Of a stretch of 64,000 nt of DNA, positions 25,208 to 38,552 are shown one piece after another (the first letter of the stretch is position 1; every line of letters begins with the position of its first letter). The translations under genes were made by a program, and so were the position numbers. A model generated the notes under the pieces. It saw only the letters and a program-made list of their open reading frames with translations, had not been told where the DNA came from and did not search any database. The stretch comes from Pelomyxa schiedti (taxonomy: Eukaryota; Protista; Evosea). The stretch is taken from NCBI GenBank assembly GCA_020536535.1, contig JAHLWZ010000800.1, positions 80,699-144,698 on the forward strand, given 5' to 3'.

Positions 25208-27400
25208 CTAGTTCTCCTCGTCATCATCATACTCTTCCTCTTCTTCGTCATCATACCCATCCTCTTCCTCTTCCTCTTCCTCCTCTTCCTCTTCTTCTTC
25301 CTCTTGGGGACCATTGTTCCTGGCTGCTTTGGGATTTGAGGATTGTTTCTTGTTTGCAGGTGATGACGAGTATTCTGGTAGATATGTGCTGAGGATTTCA
25401 TTAGCTTGCTTCTTCACTTCGCCAGATGTATGAGACACCAGTGCCATGAAATTGGAGGCCCGACGGCATTTTTTCAGTTCCTCAACATACCTTGGTCCAA
25501 AACCAAAAGCTATCTCAACCGCCTGGTATTTATTAGAATTGGCGTGGGGATGGAACATAAGGTACTCTGAGGATGTTCATAAGCAGCTGGTTGCTTGCCA
25601 GTGGGACAATATTACATATTTCATCGAAGACTTTTAACGTCAGCAGAGCGCTATGGTGGCAGTCCAATTAAGTGCAAGAGTAAAGTGTCATTCACTACTC
25701 ACTCAATGAAGATTTTTTTCCCACAGCAAAAAATGTTTGTTACAGCCCAACAGGCCTCACATCTCGTATCATTATCAGCAGTTCTCATGCATTTTACAAG
25801 TGGCTTGAAAATGTCATTTTCATACATTGCTTCTACTTGATATCTACAAAAGAAATTTAAGAATGACTGAAGTTGATACCACCAAAAGCTCACCTGGTTC
25901 CACCAGCTATATTGGATAACTGTAGATGGTTAATGTTAACCAAGTCTCAAGTAATCATACCAACCAACAGGCATTCTTTTTACTCCGGGGGCTTTTTAAA
26001 CTGCATGCCATCACCAAACTGAAAAAAGAAACCGAGTACATACAGCTGGTACATGACAGGAAATATCCCCGCATCAATGACTGCTTGCGTTTCTTCATCA
26101 CTGAAAGGAAGACGTTGAGGAATATGAGATTGAGTGAGGCAATGTGCTCACCTTCCAGAGCAAAAAGATCCCAGAGCTCTCAGTGATGGATTTTGTAAGT
26201 TGATATTTGCAGTCTACTTCAGTGAGAAAGGAAAATATATGGATACAATAAACCGCAAGTAGAGCAACAAGGCTTGTGCAGACACCAGCCTGAAGGAGTG
26301 CGTGTGTCATTTGAGGACTATTCTCAGACAGGTAGGACACAGCCCTTATGGTACAGTGATGGTAAGCCACTTGGTTTGAAGAACAAGAACAATGATAAAG
26401 AGGAACGTACCACGCCATATCTGTTACTGTGTCAATGTCATCATGACCAAGGAGAACTTTGACAGTGGGCAAAGCTTGATTTTGATTGGCGTTATGGTTT
26501 TACCCACTAGGATAGCAGATACCAGAATAGAATTGGTCAGGCTTTGGGCATGGCTTTTGCCTGCAAAGATTTGAGAAAGTCCAAGCCTTTTCATGTAAGC
26601 CACACAGGTGTAAAAAGAGACAAGTACCGCATTACGGAGCAATGAGATAGGGCACGTTGCATAAGAGTCTAGCATTGCAATTACCGGAGGGACAGCACCC
26701 ATGCTGAGCACATAGTCTCGCATGGTTGCATTGGTGCCAGCAATGTTTCCTAACCCCCAGACACACTACAGGATGAAATGTTGGAAAACGCAGGGAAGGG
26801 GAGGGTACCTGTTCACGCAATTCATCATCACCTGAACTGAGAAGGCCAACAAATGCAGACACCGCCCCAGCATCGATAACAACTTGAGATTGCCGTTCAT
26901 TCCCACTTGCCACTACAGAGAGTGGCAAGTAAAACAAAAGAGCTAAAATTCAAGGGGAAAAGTAAGTACCGTTTGTTATCGCCCATGCTGCCTCGAATTG
27001 TAGTTTTGGGGTTTCAGTCTTCACAGTGAAATAAGTATCAGAAGAAGGAGGAAATAAGAGAGCACAAGTACCCGTGTCAAAAAGTCAACTAATCTTGGAA
27101 CCACACCAGTTTCAATTACTTCTTGTATTGGAGGGTTTTTCTCTAAAGCAATAATGAAAACCAAAAGAAAAAGAGTGAGTGACATCTTGTCGCATACCAA
27201 TGGACAACAGCTGGCGTAAACGCACAGTAGCAGGAAGGTGCCGGGACAGGTCTTCTCCCATGCACGCTTCAGCAAGTTCCGCAATGCTAGATCCCTACAC
27301 TGACTTAAAACAACGAACCGGCGAATAAGCACGTCATTTGCAATGGCAGAGATCTCGGCAGTTGTGCGTGTGAACTCACCTCATACTCCGCCTCCGTCAT
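25208..27400 (-). CDS. Importin alpha (karyopherin alpha), apparently lacking the IBB domain
   Basis: [63 protein letters not shown], RDYVL and EACWAVTN; acidic tail. Confidence 0.9.
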
Positions 27401-27599
27401 CACTTGTGCGCCGTTCACGGAATGCAGTCTTCTGATCAACAGCCGGGAGCTCTTGAATCAGCATACTTGGGAGAGGCTCACAGTACCCTGGAAGGACCTC
27501 CCTACACTGGCGGCAGTGCAATTGGCCCCCACTCTCATCCTCCCGTTTGGGTCCTTGTTGAAAAGGGAATTTTCCGATGCTCTAAATTGCAATTTAGAA

Positions 27600-29355
27600 A
27601 TGACCAGGAAGAAGGGCAACAACCGACGTCAATGCGCCAAGAGCAGCGCGCCCCGGTCCCCAACTCCGGCCCCAACTCCAACCCCAACCACGACGGCGCC
27701 AACGCCAACGCGAACTCCGGAGCCTTCATCTTCTGCTACAACTACTACTACTAGTAGCAGTGCGTCTGCCGCTACCTCCTCCACTACAGCTACAACAACA
27801 ACGACATCGACTAGTACAACAGAACCCACAGCCGTCTCCGCGACGCTCCCCACGGCGACACCCGTCGCGGCGACCTTGGCCGAAGGAGCCGCTCTCACCG
27901 CCAGTGCTGCGCCCGAGGTCACGATGGTTTCTCAGAAGTTCATGTACACGGAGCTGTACGCCTGGGAGTTCTCAGTCCCTCTCAGAGTCGGGATAACCGT
28001 TCCCCCTGACAAAACAGAGGACAGACAATTGTGGGAGCACGTGGCACCACAAATAGCCTCGTGTTTGGGAGTGGCTGAGGATGAAATGCCACCATTTGAC
28101 CGAATAAACATGGTGTACTGTGTTGCAAATCCTTCTCCCAGAAGACTGGTACCTGGTGCTCCAATCACACTCAAGCAGTTCGATCAGAATAATGGCTTTG
28201 TCAAGATTGAGATGCTGGAAGCGCAGCGCCAGTCCGATTCGCTTAGCGGCTTGCTAAAGGCCACTCGTAGGAGAATTATAGCATTCCAATTGCCACTAAA
28301 AGTTCAAATAGATGCAGATTTACATGGCCTACAACAAAAAAATGCAGACCTTCAAAAGCAGTATGAGAACTGTTCGCAACATTTTGCGGTTAAGGTTGTG
28401 CCTTAAAAAAGTTTCAGACCTTAGTAAAGTAACCACCTGTTAAAGGAGAAACAACAAAAAGATGTTATGTCACAGGCTATGGTATCATGCTATGTTTTAC
28501 ACTGAACAAATATTAACTGTCAACGAATAGAAAAATAATGCCTCACTAAAACAAAACCAAAAGGGTTACCAGAAAGAACTGAAGGTTCTCACTGCTCCTT
28601 AAATTGGTTCTCATCAAAATAACAGAATTCGCGGGTTCAAATCACTCAACAAGAAGAGGCATATGCAAGATTGATGCTGGATCTGGACAAAAAGGTGGCT
28701 GCTGCCATTGCTCCGCTGGAAAAGGAGATAGCCGACCTCAACGAGAGGGTGACCACCCTTGAAACTGAAAACGCCGACCTCAAGAGTTCAAACACCAAAC
28801 TCCACGAGAGGGTGACCACCCTTGAAACTGAAAACGCCTCTTTGAAAGCCAAAATTGAGGTACTTAATCTTTTACCATTGCATTGAGAAGTTCACCTAAC
28901 CCGGCTAAATGGAAAGCATTTCAATGTGAATAATCTGGTGACTGCGGTATTAGCAGAGGCACGAACAAAGGTGGCTTTAGCGGTCGATTCTTCAAGTCGG
29001 GCAGAAAAATGTTTGCTCTTAAGCTTTATGTGTTGCCAACCTAATCAAATACAGACTTAGATGTTTGGGTTAATCTTCCAGAGGCCTGTATGGCCTGCTG
29101 GGATTCCCTTTATCCCGACAGCTGGGTCTCTTATGGAGAACTGTTACGCATGAAGACCGTGCGTAATGCGGAGGTGACAACCCCTAAAACCTACGTTCTT
29201 CAAACAACTTGTAGTACCACAGCCTTAACTACGCTGACGCAACTGAGGTATTGGCCGAAACCACAACATCCCTAACTCCCCACCAAAAAATCTTAATCCA
29301 AGGCCTACTGGGTGTCCTCTTTCGCGACGAAATAGAAAAGGCCAAACGAACATAA
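27600..29355 (+). CDS. Hypothetical protein: Thr/Pro-rich N-terminus and coiled-coil C-terminal half
   Basis: ORF 27600-28406 plus downstream spliced exons (LEKEIADLNERVTTLETENADLK). Stop at 29353-29355 followed by an A-run. Confidence 0.6.
28741..28838 (+). repeat. 63-bp-period internal duplication (ERVTTLETENA twice)
   Basis: ACGAGAGGGTGACCACCCTTGAAACTGAAAACGCC at 28741 and 28804; the 21-aa period equals three heptads. Confidence 0.9.
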
Positions 29356-29436
29356 CAAAAAAAAAAAAAAAAAAAAAAAAGACGAGATCTTCGTTTATTC
29401 TTCACTACATAAAGAGAAGGAGTGGGGCCGTCAGTG

Positions 29437-32240
29437 TCAGTGGCCACCACCGGACTGTGGGGCAGACGCCACGGAGCTGCTGACCATTGCCGACAGCGCA
29501 TCAGATACATTGGGATTGGCGCCAAAGTTGAACAGCGGCACTGACTTGCTGGGCAGGACAGCCGTGCGGATGTTTGACATTGCGCGGGCCATGATCTCCG
29601 CCTTGCGAAGCTCGCCGTAGGCCCCGTACTTATCAAGAAGCTGGGCTTCTTTCTCGGCGGCCACGGTTTTCATCTGGAGTGCCTCGGATTCGGCCGCTGC
29701 CCTGGTTTTTTTTTTTTTTTTGGGAATTCAGTGGGAGGCTGATGCGAAGCGGGGCGATTGGTTTACTTGATTCTGATTGCCTCGGCTTCCAGTTTGGCGG
29801 ATTCAAGCGTTGCCTGCATCTCGATTTGCTTGGCTTCGGCTGCAGCTTTGGCCTTGGTTACATGGTTTTGGTTCACTCGTTCTTGCTGTGGAATTCGGAT
29901 GAGAATAGTTCGGAATTCGGATTAAGGATACACACAGCAATTCGTTCCTGCTCAGCCTTCTGGTTTGCCTGCGATTGAGCAATTTGATATTGCTTTTCAA
30001 GAACAGAGGCATCAGCATTTGCTTGTGCAGTAATCAGGGAGAACTTGGAAACCTAAAAATCCAAGAAGTGAGAGCACAGATATAAATGGTAATTGTACTT
30101 GAGCAGCTATGCTAGGATCCAGAATCTAATAATACAAATTAATGAAGATTACAGGCAAAACAAATACCTTAGGAGTTTCAATATTAAGTCGGACAAGGTT
30201 TATACCGTACTCCTGTTGATTAGTAAGAAGAATTGTACTTCAATCATGAAAATATAATACCAAAAAATCTCTGCAAAGCTGGTTTTTGACTTCATCCTGC
30301 AAATGTCGAATAAACTCTGGGGCACTGGGGCTGCCATCTGAAGCAGGCTCTATAAAAATAGCTCAATTGATTTTCTATGCAATCGATTATCTTACGTAGT
30401 GGGAGCCTGGCTTTTGTCTGATCAGTGCTTTGGAAATCACTTGATGAGCACTGTAAAGGAAATCAACTTTGTGAATGTAATGACTAGTTTAAACCTGCTG
30501 AATTACTGCACCCATATCGGCTACAACTAAGCTTTCTATATGAGGTACAATTTGCTTTACGTTCAGCTTTGTCAGAGTCAACATTGGTTCAGTCATTTCA
30601 TAGACTACAAGCAATTGGACACCAATAGGAAGTCCATCTTTTGTACGGAATACCTGAAGAAATAATGGGCAGAAGGGGGAAAAAAAAAAAAGAAAAAGAA
30701 AACCTCGTAGCAGAAGTTTGGGTCATCAGGATTTTCCCGTTTGCGTGTATGCTTGGTTTCTTGGCTAGGGAACAACAAAGTCTTTTTGTTTTTGTTTAGA
30801 ACGCTCAGAATTGGACATAGAAGTGTACCTGAATATTTGTTGGGAGGAAAGAATCAAATGTATGTATTGGAGACGTTATGAGTATTGGCTGTAACAGGAT
30901 TAGGGTCAAAGTGTTCCTTCAAAGAGGTAAACCTGATTTGTACGAGACGCAGAGTAAATTTGTAGGTGCCCATTATCATATGTTATTGCTACTTCGCCTG
31001 TACGTGGCATAAGCCTTTTCAGTGACCCATGTAGAATGACTGGCTCTTGGGCATCATGGAAAGGAATACCCTTTTCCTTCTCATCAAGTTGGAATATAGG
31101 GCTGTTGACAATATATGGTTCCATACGACTCTCCAAGAAGAAAGGCTCAGAGCCGTACCAAACCTACCAATTTCAGGGATCTTATGGAAGGCTCAGGGGA
31201 GAGATACCTTGGCGATTTTGCCATTAGGAACACGTAGGATGTGAATAGTTCCGTGGCAGATATAGGGGTGATACACCGCCCTAAATCCACCTCGGCGATC
31301 AAACATGAAGTTCTGGTCATGTATCACATGAGGACCCTCACCCTGAAAGACACAATGAAATAAGAACTTACTTAACAATTTAGTGTCAAAGCACACATAA
31401 ATGACAGGGATTGTGCCAGACATAGCAAGGGCGAGTTGACCTTGGGGCACGTTGAGAACATATACACCGTGTCCCCCAAAGAAAGGATCAGTTTGCTGAA
31501 AGTAATAAATACTTTCAAAAATGTAAATTGAGCCCTACTGGAAAAGTCCCCATTTCCCCTGTGAGGCCAGTAAAATACACCTTTTTTCTGTGAGGAAAAT
31601 TTGGGAGAGGCTAAGAAAAACTGATTTTCTCTGGGGAGTATCTTTAAAAAGTACGAGTTCTGGAGTAAAATTCCTGTGTACAAGCCTAGCAGACGATGAA
31701 ACGGGATGGGGCCAATATAAAAAGGAGTACCTGAACTGACCACGGTCAATACGAGTTCCCCATATCAAAGAATCAACCATTATCGAACGTTTTCCTAGAT
31801 ACATGTGAGGAAAAGTACCATGTGAAGACTATACCTTTATTGAACGCCTTTGCAATGTTGTCCATTTGTTGGACTGGATCAGGAGCCCTGTAAATTCCAT
31901 TAGAAATAAGGATAGAACATTGTAAAAAAAAAAAAAAACAGTACCTAAGCGTAGACTGTATAATGACGTCATCAGGATTCAGGAATTTTGGCAAGTGCCC
32001 ACCCGGGGGGCCTTGGCTTGGAGGCGTCGGAAGACCGGACGCCCCGCCGTCGATCGCAGAACCAGTATAAGACGTAGTGGCTGTGGCAGACAGCATTGTG
32101 GGACCGCTGCTGCTCTCGTCGTCGTCGTCGCGGCGCCTGTGCCTGTGGGGCTTGTGGCGCCCGTCGTCGCCAACGTTGGGCGAAAGTGCGGCGGTGGCGA
32201 GGGCCTCGGCCGACGCGTGCAGGGCGGTGCTCGATGCCAT
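29437..32240 (-). CDS. Vacuolin-like SPFH/band-7 (prohibitin-domain) protein
   Basis: N-terminal repeats GPHVIHDQNF, YICHGTIHILRVPNGKIAK and ILHGSLKRLMPRTGEVAITY. SPFH segment FRTKDGLPIGVQLLVVY..EYGINLVRLNIETPK, then an AE-rich coiled coil. Many introns. Confidence 0.75.
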
Positions 32241-32785
32241 TGTAGTGTACTTGTGGGTTGGCTTTGTTGTGTGTGGCGGTTGTGGGTTTTTTTTTCCGAA
32301 CTGCTTTTTTCGCCGAGCCGTTCAAAAGACATCAAGAATCGAAGATTTTGGGTTTTTGCGGAATGGAAGAGATACCTTCCACTCTTGGGTTCTTTGGGTT
32401 CTGGGCCCGTCCTACTTGTGCGTTACCTGCACAGTATGTGTCTTCAGTGGTGAAGAAAATAGGGTCAGACAAGAGTGATAGTTGAGAATCATGCATCACA
32501 CCAAAATACAAAACCACAACTTTTCTTTGATTGGTCCTGTGGCTAGCTTTTGATTCAGTTCTAATTTCTTGGTCAGAGTACCTTGTTATGTAAAATTCAC
32601 ACAATGCAACATTTCCTTCTTGTATGGCAAATGACTCCACCTGATTCCAAATGGCTGAAGAAAAAAAACACCAGACCACCGATCCCAAGCGATGATAACG
32701 AAAAGTAAAGCGTTCCGGTCTGTTGAGAATTTTAATCAGCCAGGTACCTAAAAAGCAAAAAGGAAATCATCTTTCGGAAGATGAT

Positions 32786-33088
32786 TTAGCTCCCAGTGTA
32801 AGGGAACTTGTCCCAACAATCCTTGAGTTTAACGCGCACCTCTTCTGCGGTGGGTTTATTTTTATCTACCTTCCACTTTTCAAGCCAGTCCGGGAGGTAG
32901 AGCTGAAGCTTGCCTCTCATCCTGAAAGTTTGTCCTAAAGACAGTAAGTCTTTTAATTCGTAATAGGTCAAATTGGTAGGACTGGAGTGGTACCTGTCCC
33001 AAAGATTGACGAATCTTCGAAGCCGTTTCCACCAACACTCGCGTGAGGCATGAAGCGGTCGGGGGGCTCGAGGAGGATGTTTCGCCAT
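32786..33088 (-). CDS. Possible short hypothetical protein or exon
   Basis: 100-aa ATG ORF preceded by an A-rich leader; no recognisable motif. Confidence 0.25.
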   Translation of the reverse strand: MAKHPPRAPRPLHASRECWWKRLRRFVNLWDRYHSSPTNLTYYELKDLLSLGQTFRMRGKLQLYLPDWLEKWKVDKNKPTAEEVRVKLKDCWDKFPYTGS

Positions 33089-33620
33089 TTTTGTGGAAGA
33101 TTTTTGATTTGGCTTGTTGGGATAAGTCCCCTTTGTTTTGCTTTTTATTTGCTTTTTTGGAATTTTTGGATTGTTGTTCCTTTTTTACGAAGTTGTGATT
33201 GATTGGATTTCTTTTTAACAGAGGAAATTTGGCTGCAACGTACTTGTGGGAGACGTTGGCTTTCTGTACTTGGTGTGGTGGGGCACTTGCTGTGGTGTTC
33301 GGGATATTCTGTGGTTAAGAACCATGAACAAGGGTACTTGTGCTGAGGTGATAAATCCTTTCCTGTGGGTACTGAAAAGGACACACCGAGAATTCTCCAC
33401 ACTCTTCTTTACAACCTCCCCACAGTACTCGCCTTTCGTGATGGCTGAATCTCACAGTCTCACTGCGCCCGTGATCGAATTCGTTTTCGTTTGTTGTTAT
33501 GCTCAACGGGGCTACACCGTACTATCCTGAAGAACAAAAAGAAAAAGCCCGTCATTTCCGCAAAACAAGGTTGAAACACAAATACAAAAAACAAATCATT
33601 GGATCAGACACCAAGTACAC

Positions 33621-36370
33621 ATGTCTACAGGGGCGGTAAACCGGGTGGTGATAGTGGGTGGAGTTGCAGGTGGTGCTTCCGCTGCTGCGAGGCTTAGGAG
33701 GGTCAACACTGAATGCAGCGTCATTCTCTTTGAGAGGGGGGAATACGTGAGGTGACTGTCAAACTGCATCCCTTGTTTCTCCTGGGTTTTTTTTTTTTTT
33801 TTTGGCTCACACGGGTGCACTGTTTTCCAGTTTTGCAAATTGCGGTATGCCATACCACATTGGCGGCACAATCAAAGAGCGGGACAGGCTGCTGTTAGTT
33901 TCACCTGATACTTTGCGCCGGTTCCTTCCTAATTTAGATTTTTTCCCTTTGTTTTGTTTCTCCCATCGCCCACTAAATTTCTTTTCTGCACACAGACGGT
34001 TCGACATCGATGTTAGGATACGCACTGAAGTTATTTCCATTGATGCAGAGCGAAAAGAAATCCTGGCTAGAGCTCTCACAACGGGAGTTGAAGGTCAAAA
34101 AGCTCCCGTGGAAGCTTCTTGTTCTGACATTTTCTAGAGCGGGTTCCCTATGATGCCTTGATATTGAGTCCAGGCGCATCACCAGTGAAACCACCTATTC
34201 CAGGAATTGACCACCCCCGCGTCAGAGTTCTTAGGGATATCAGCACAATGGACTCTATGAAAACTTTAGTAGACGCAGAAGTCAATAAGACAATGCAAGC
34301 TTTCTTTGACTTTATTTCCATTTTCTCACTGAGCCTAGACCTCGCCCAATTCTCATTCTTGGAGGTGGATATATTGGCTTGGAAGTGGCTGAAGCTATCA
34401 TTCACAGAAAACTTCCTTGCATTTTAGTGGAATTCTCCAATCAGGTACTCTTTAATAATCTGTACCAAGGTCCTTTTAAAAATATTTACAGGTTATGGGT
34501 CCAATTGACCCTGAAATGAGTTATCCTCTACATCAAGAGTTGAATGCAAATAATGTGGACCTTAGGTTGGGCTGCACTGTTTCAAAATTCGTGGGCACCG
34601 ACACGGTACTCTTCTTTAGCAGCACCACCCCTAATACATTTTCAGTCTGTTCTCTGCACTCTCACAACAGGGGAGGAAATAGAATGTGCATTTGCTGTTG
34701 TTGCAATTGGTGTTCGTCCAGAGACTGAACTTGCCAAGACTGCTGGTTTATAATAGCCTTGTGTTTAAGCACTTGACCTTTTCAAGGTTTATCAATCGGC
34801 CAACGTGGAGGCATACTTGTGGACGAGTTCTTGCAAACATCCAACCCATCAATCTATGCAGTTGGTGACGCAGTTGAAGTACCTTGTTTCTTAGTGTCTT
34901 CATATTATGTTTACTTGTATTAGGTCCAAGACTTTGTTACAGGGACACAAGCACATATTCCACTTGCTGGACCTGCAAATAGACAAGGTCGAATAGTGGC
35001 AACGAACTTGTTTTGTAAAAATCCCAAGTTCAAGCTTTCTTACAAAAAGACTCAAGTACTGTATATGTAGTCTCTTGAAATTACTCACTTGTCGTAGGGA
35101 ACAGCTGTGTGTAAAGTCTTTGATTTGACTGTTGCAATGACTGGCGCAAACGAGAAACTTCTCAAAAGATTAAACAAACCATACAATAAAGTCTATCTAC
35201 ATTCAATGAGTCATGCCTCTTATTATCCCGGTTGTTAAGGTTTCATCTATAGGAAATTTAACAACACTTAAGGGGCACAATTGATGTGCATTAAACTGAT
35301 CTATGACCCGGAATCAATGAAAATTTTGGGGGCACAAGCCGTTGGCAAAGAAGGTCAGCTGAAGGTGCAATTAATGTGATTTATGAAGAAAACAGGAGTC
35401 GAGAAAAGAATTGACGTAATTGCTGTGGCACTTCGTGGAGGTTTGACTATTAATGACCTGGAAGATCTCGAGCTATGCTACGCACCTCCTTATGGAAGCG
35501 CAAAGGACCCCGTTAATATGGCTGGTTTCATTGCCTCTAATCTCGAACGTGGAATGTTCCGACAATGCTTTGCGGAGGACCTGCACAAAAAGTTGTCTGA
35601 TGGTGGGTCTGATCTTCCATTTATTCTGGATGTAAGAGAGCCGGAGGTAGGAACAACCGTCGCCAAAGATGTTCGATGTTCTTATATTTCCAACAGGAAA
35701 CTACGCAAAAAATACCTCAGTCAATTAATATTCCTCTGGCCCAAGTTGTATCCCGTCTACATGAAATTCCTAAGGATAGACCCATTGTCGTTACATGTGC
35801 ATCAGGTCTACGTTCCTACAATGCTACCATGACACTACTTCACAATGGATATAATGCCCAAAATCTTAGTGGAGGGTTTAAGATTTGGAGTTGGGTGACT
35901 GGAAATGATCCAAAGAAATGGGTTAGCTCTTTTTCTTACCTTACTGTGGTGCTTATTTCTCCTTCAGATAAAACCCATTTCCTTGCCACCCCCTTCTTGT
36001 CAAGCAACCACTTCATGTCAAGCAACGTCTTCATGTACCACTGTCTCCCCTTCTGGTGCACTTGATGTTGCAAAGGAGGTTCGTTGCATACTTTGCAAAC
36101 TACACATTTCACATATTTTTTTTTCAGGTTGATGCCATGTGTATGGCGTGCCCTGGGCCCATAGTCAGACTTGCAAAAGCCATGAATGATGTAAAGGAAG
36201 GAGAAGTTGTGAGACTACGTGCGGGTGACAGAGGGTTCGCACAAGACATTGTTGGCTGGTGTAAGAGTACTTCCAACACCCTTGTCAAAATGGACACAGA
36301 GGAAAAGCCGGAGTACTGTGTAACAGTCTTAATTCGGAAAGGGACTGCCACCAAGTCCTCATCCAGTTGA
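33621..36370 (+). CDS. CoA-disulfide/persulfide reductase fused to rhodanese and TusA/SirA domains
   Basis: [29 protein letters not shown] (redox Cys), [47 protein letters not shown]. Rhodanese [15 protein letters not shown]. Tus[26 protein letters not shown]. Numerous introns. Confidence 0.93.
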
Positions 36371-36429
36371 AAAAAATAGTTCTTTTTTTTTTTTTTTTAC
36401 AAATAAAAAGAGATAGTAACTTGTTGTCA

Positions 36430-38274
36430 TTATGAATCGTGTGGTGTGGTTGTGGTACTGCTGTGATTGTGCAATGTGCAGCCCTGAAGTTCACTATCAG
36501 CCAACTTCTGCTCCATTATGTGCAGAATTTCCTCGTCCATGTGCCTCATTCCCAGGCATGCAACTTTGCCCAGGTTCACAAGTGATGTAATTCCACTCGC
36601 GCCAACAATTCCATCAGAAGATGGAATTCCGATTCCGCTCATGGCGAGATGTACAGCTCGGAATGCCGCATCCACAGCAGTCATGGCTTTGAGGGCGCAA
36701 CCCATCTTGGCACCATCACATATCTGATGATTTGTAAGTGTTTCATGTAAAGTCCAGAGGGGAGTTCATACCATTCCAGCAACATTTCCCACCATGTTGT
36801 TGCATGCGAGTGATAATTCCCTTTCTCCACCATTGTTCATCATAACTAAACCAGCAGCCAAACCGATTCCAGCAGCGTTATTACAGCCACATATAGCTGA
36901 GAGGGTTCCCAGGTGTGCAGTAGTGAGTGAGGTTACCAGGCAGGCCATAGCTAGTGACTCCTCAATGAGGTTTTGGGGAATCCCTAGGTGCCTTCCTACG
37001 ATGTTCAAAGGTACACTAGATGTTATTCCCTACTCATGAATTAGTCCCCAGACAACTGACGGACCATACTTTATTCCCAGAACCAGCGAGACAGTAAACT
37101 TTGCAAGCGGTGCCGCACATACGGGCATGCACACCTAAGTGGGTGAGGGGTTGGAAATTGAATAAGAAAACAAACCATGAAATACAGTGATGGCCGCTCT
37201 AGAGTAGGCATCCGATGAACTAGCGGGATTCAGTGTTTCGCGGAATCCCTTCATTCCTTCCGCACAGATTGCAAGGTTGCACTAGGCAAGACTCAGAAAC
37301 TATGTAGGGGAAAAAAAGAAAAAAAAGAAAGAAAGAAAAAAGCCGTACTTCACTTCCAAGTCGAATCATTTCTCTATCCTCGGGAGTAATACTTCGGGCC
37401 AGACGGAATAACTCGGTGAAACTCATTTTACACAACCTGTCATAGATGGAGATGCGCTTCGGGGTTGCTTCCTTGCCTGAAGGCTCCGTCGTAGATAATG
37501 GGGAGGGAGATTCTCCATTGAGTAAGGCATCAACATTTACTGGAACACCATCCCTCGCCACCAATGTTACATTTGTATGGTGCTGAGTAATTACACATCT
37601 CCCTTTCACCGCTGGTGCTCTAGTAACGGTACAATCCACCAGTAAGTCTGTGTCAGCTTCAACATCCTTGCGAACGGTGACGTGCACACGATTGTGTGTC
37701 ATAAGGAATGTGGCATGGGCTAAAACAGCTTCATCTGTGGCACTGAAGCACTCTAGCTTCAAATTTCGCCTTATGGCTTCATGCGTGAATGAAGCTCCAA
37801 TAGCAACAGCCCACTATAATATCTCAATCAAGATATAGCATAAAATTAGGTACTAGACGAGAAAAAGAAACAGGAGTGGTACTTGTATTCCTGTTTTGCT
37901 TTGTGAGTGCGGAATTCCAACAGCATAGCAGTTCTTGTACATCCTTGGATCACATAGCAAAGTAACATCCACCACTTCACCATCACCAGCAGCAAGACTA
38001 GCCAATGAGCACCCATAAGCTATCCAGGCAAAAATAGATTGACTCATAAGCTACATTCAAAAGGGGCCAAAAAAAAAAAAAAAAAAAGCCAAAGAACCAA
38101 AAAAACCCAGACAAAAAAAAGCAGCCTCCAAAGAGCCAAAAAACGAAAAGTACCAATACTTGCAGGTTCAGTGCATCCCAGTGTTGGTCGCCACTCTTGT
38201 TTGAGGTACTCGCTAAATGTGAGCTCCTGTGGATCGCTTGCCGACGACGTTGGGGGTGGGGCAGTGGTGGCCAT
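36430..38274 (-). CDS. cyuA: L-cysteine desulfidase (YhaM/CyuA/CdsB, UPF0597, Fe-S serine-dehydratase-alpha-like)
   Basis: LKQEWRPTLGCTEPASIAY, MYKNCYAVGIP, HARMCG..AGSGNK, LGTLSAICGC, GMICDGAKMGCALKA, DGIVG..LGMRHMDEEILHIM; spliced. Confidence 0.9.
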
Positions 38275-38552
38275 GGCGATTATGGGTCGGTTGGGGGTGG
38301 GGGTTTGTTAGTTGAGTTTGAGGTTGTTTCTCAGTGTGATTTGCTGAACGAAGTTGACAGTTTTAATTAATTGCTTTGTTCAAAGGGGTTCCTTCGAGAA
38401 CCAAAAAGATTTCATCGCCGATCATGTAATTAAGGTAATGTCAGAAAAAGGACGGAACGACTCGTTACTAAAAGAGAAGGTATGGGAGTTTTGAGAAATC
38501 TATTTCATAGAATGGTAGAAAACTGACTCTAGGAACTCACAAGTGGGGTGCA

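Noticed and set aside
33621-38274. Bacterial contamination or a symbiont contig
   Set aside because: Both genes are interrupted by many GT-AG introns and are flanked by eukaryotic genes (vacuolin-like, LIM).
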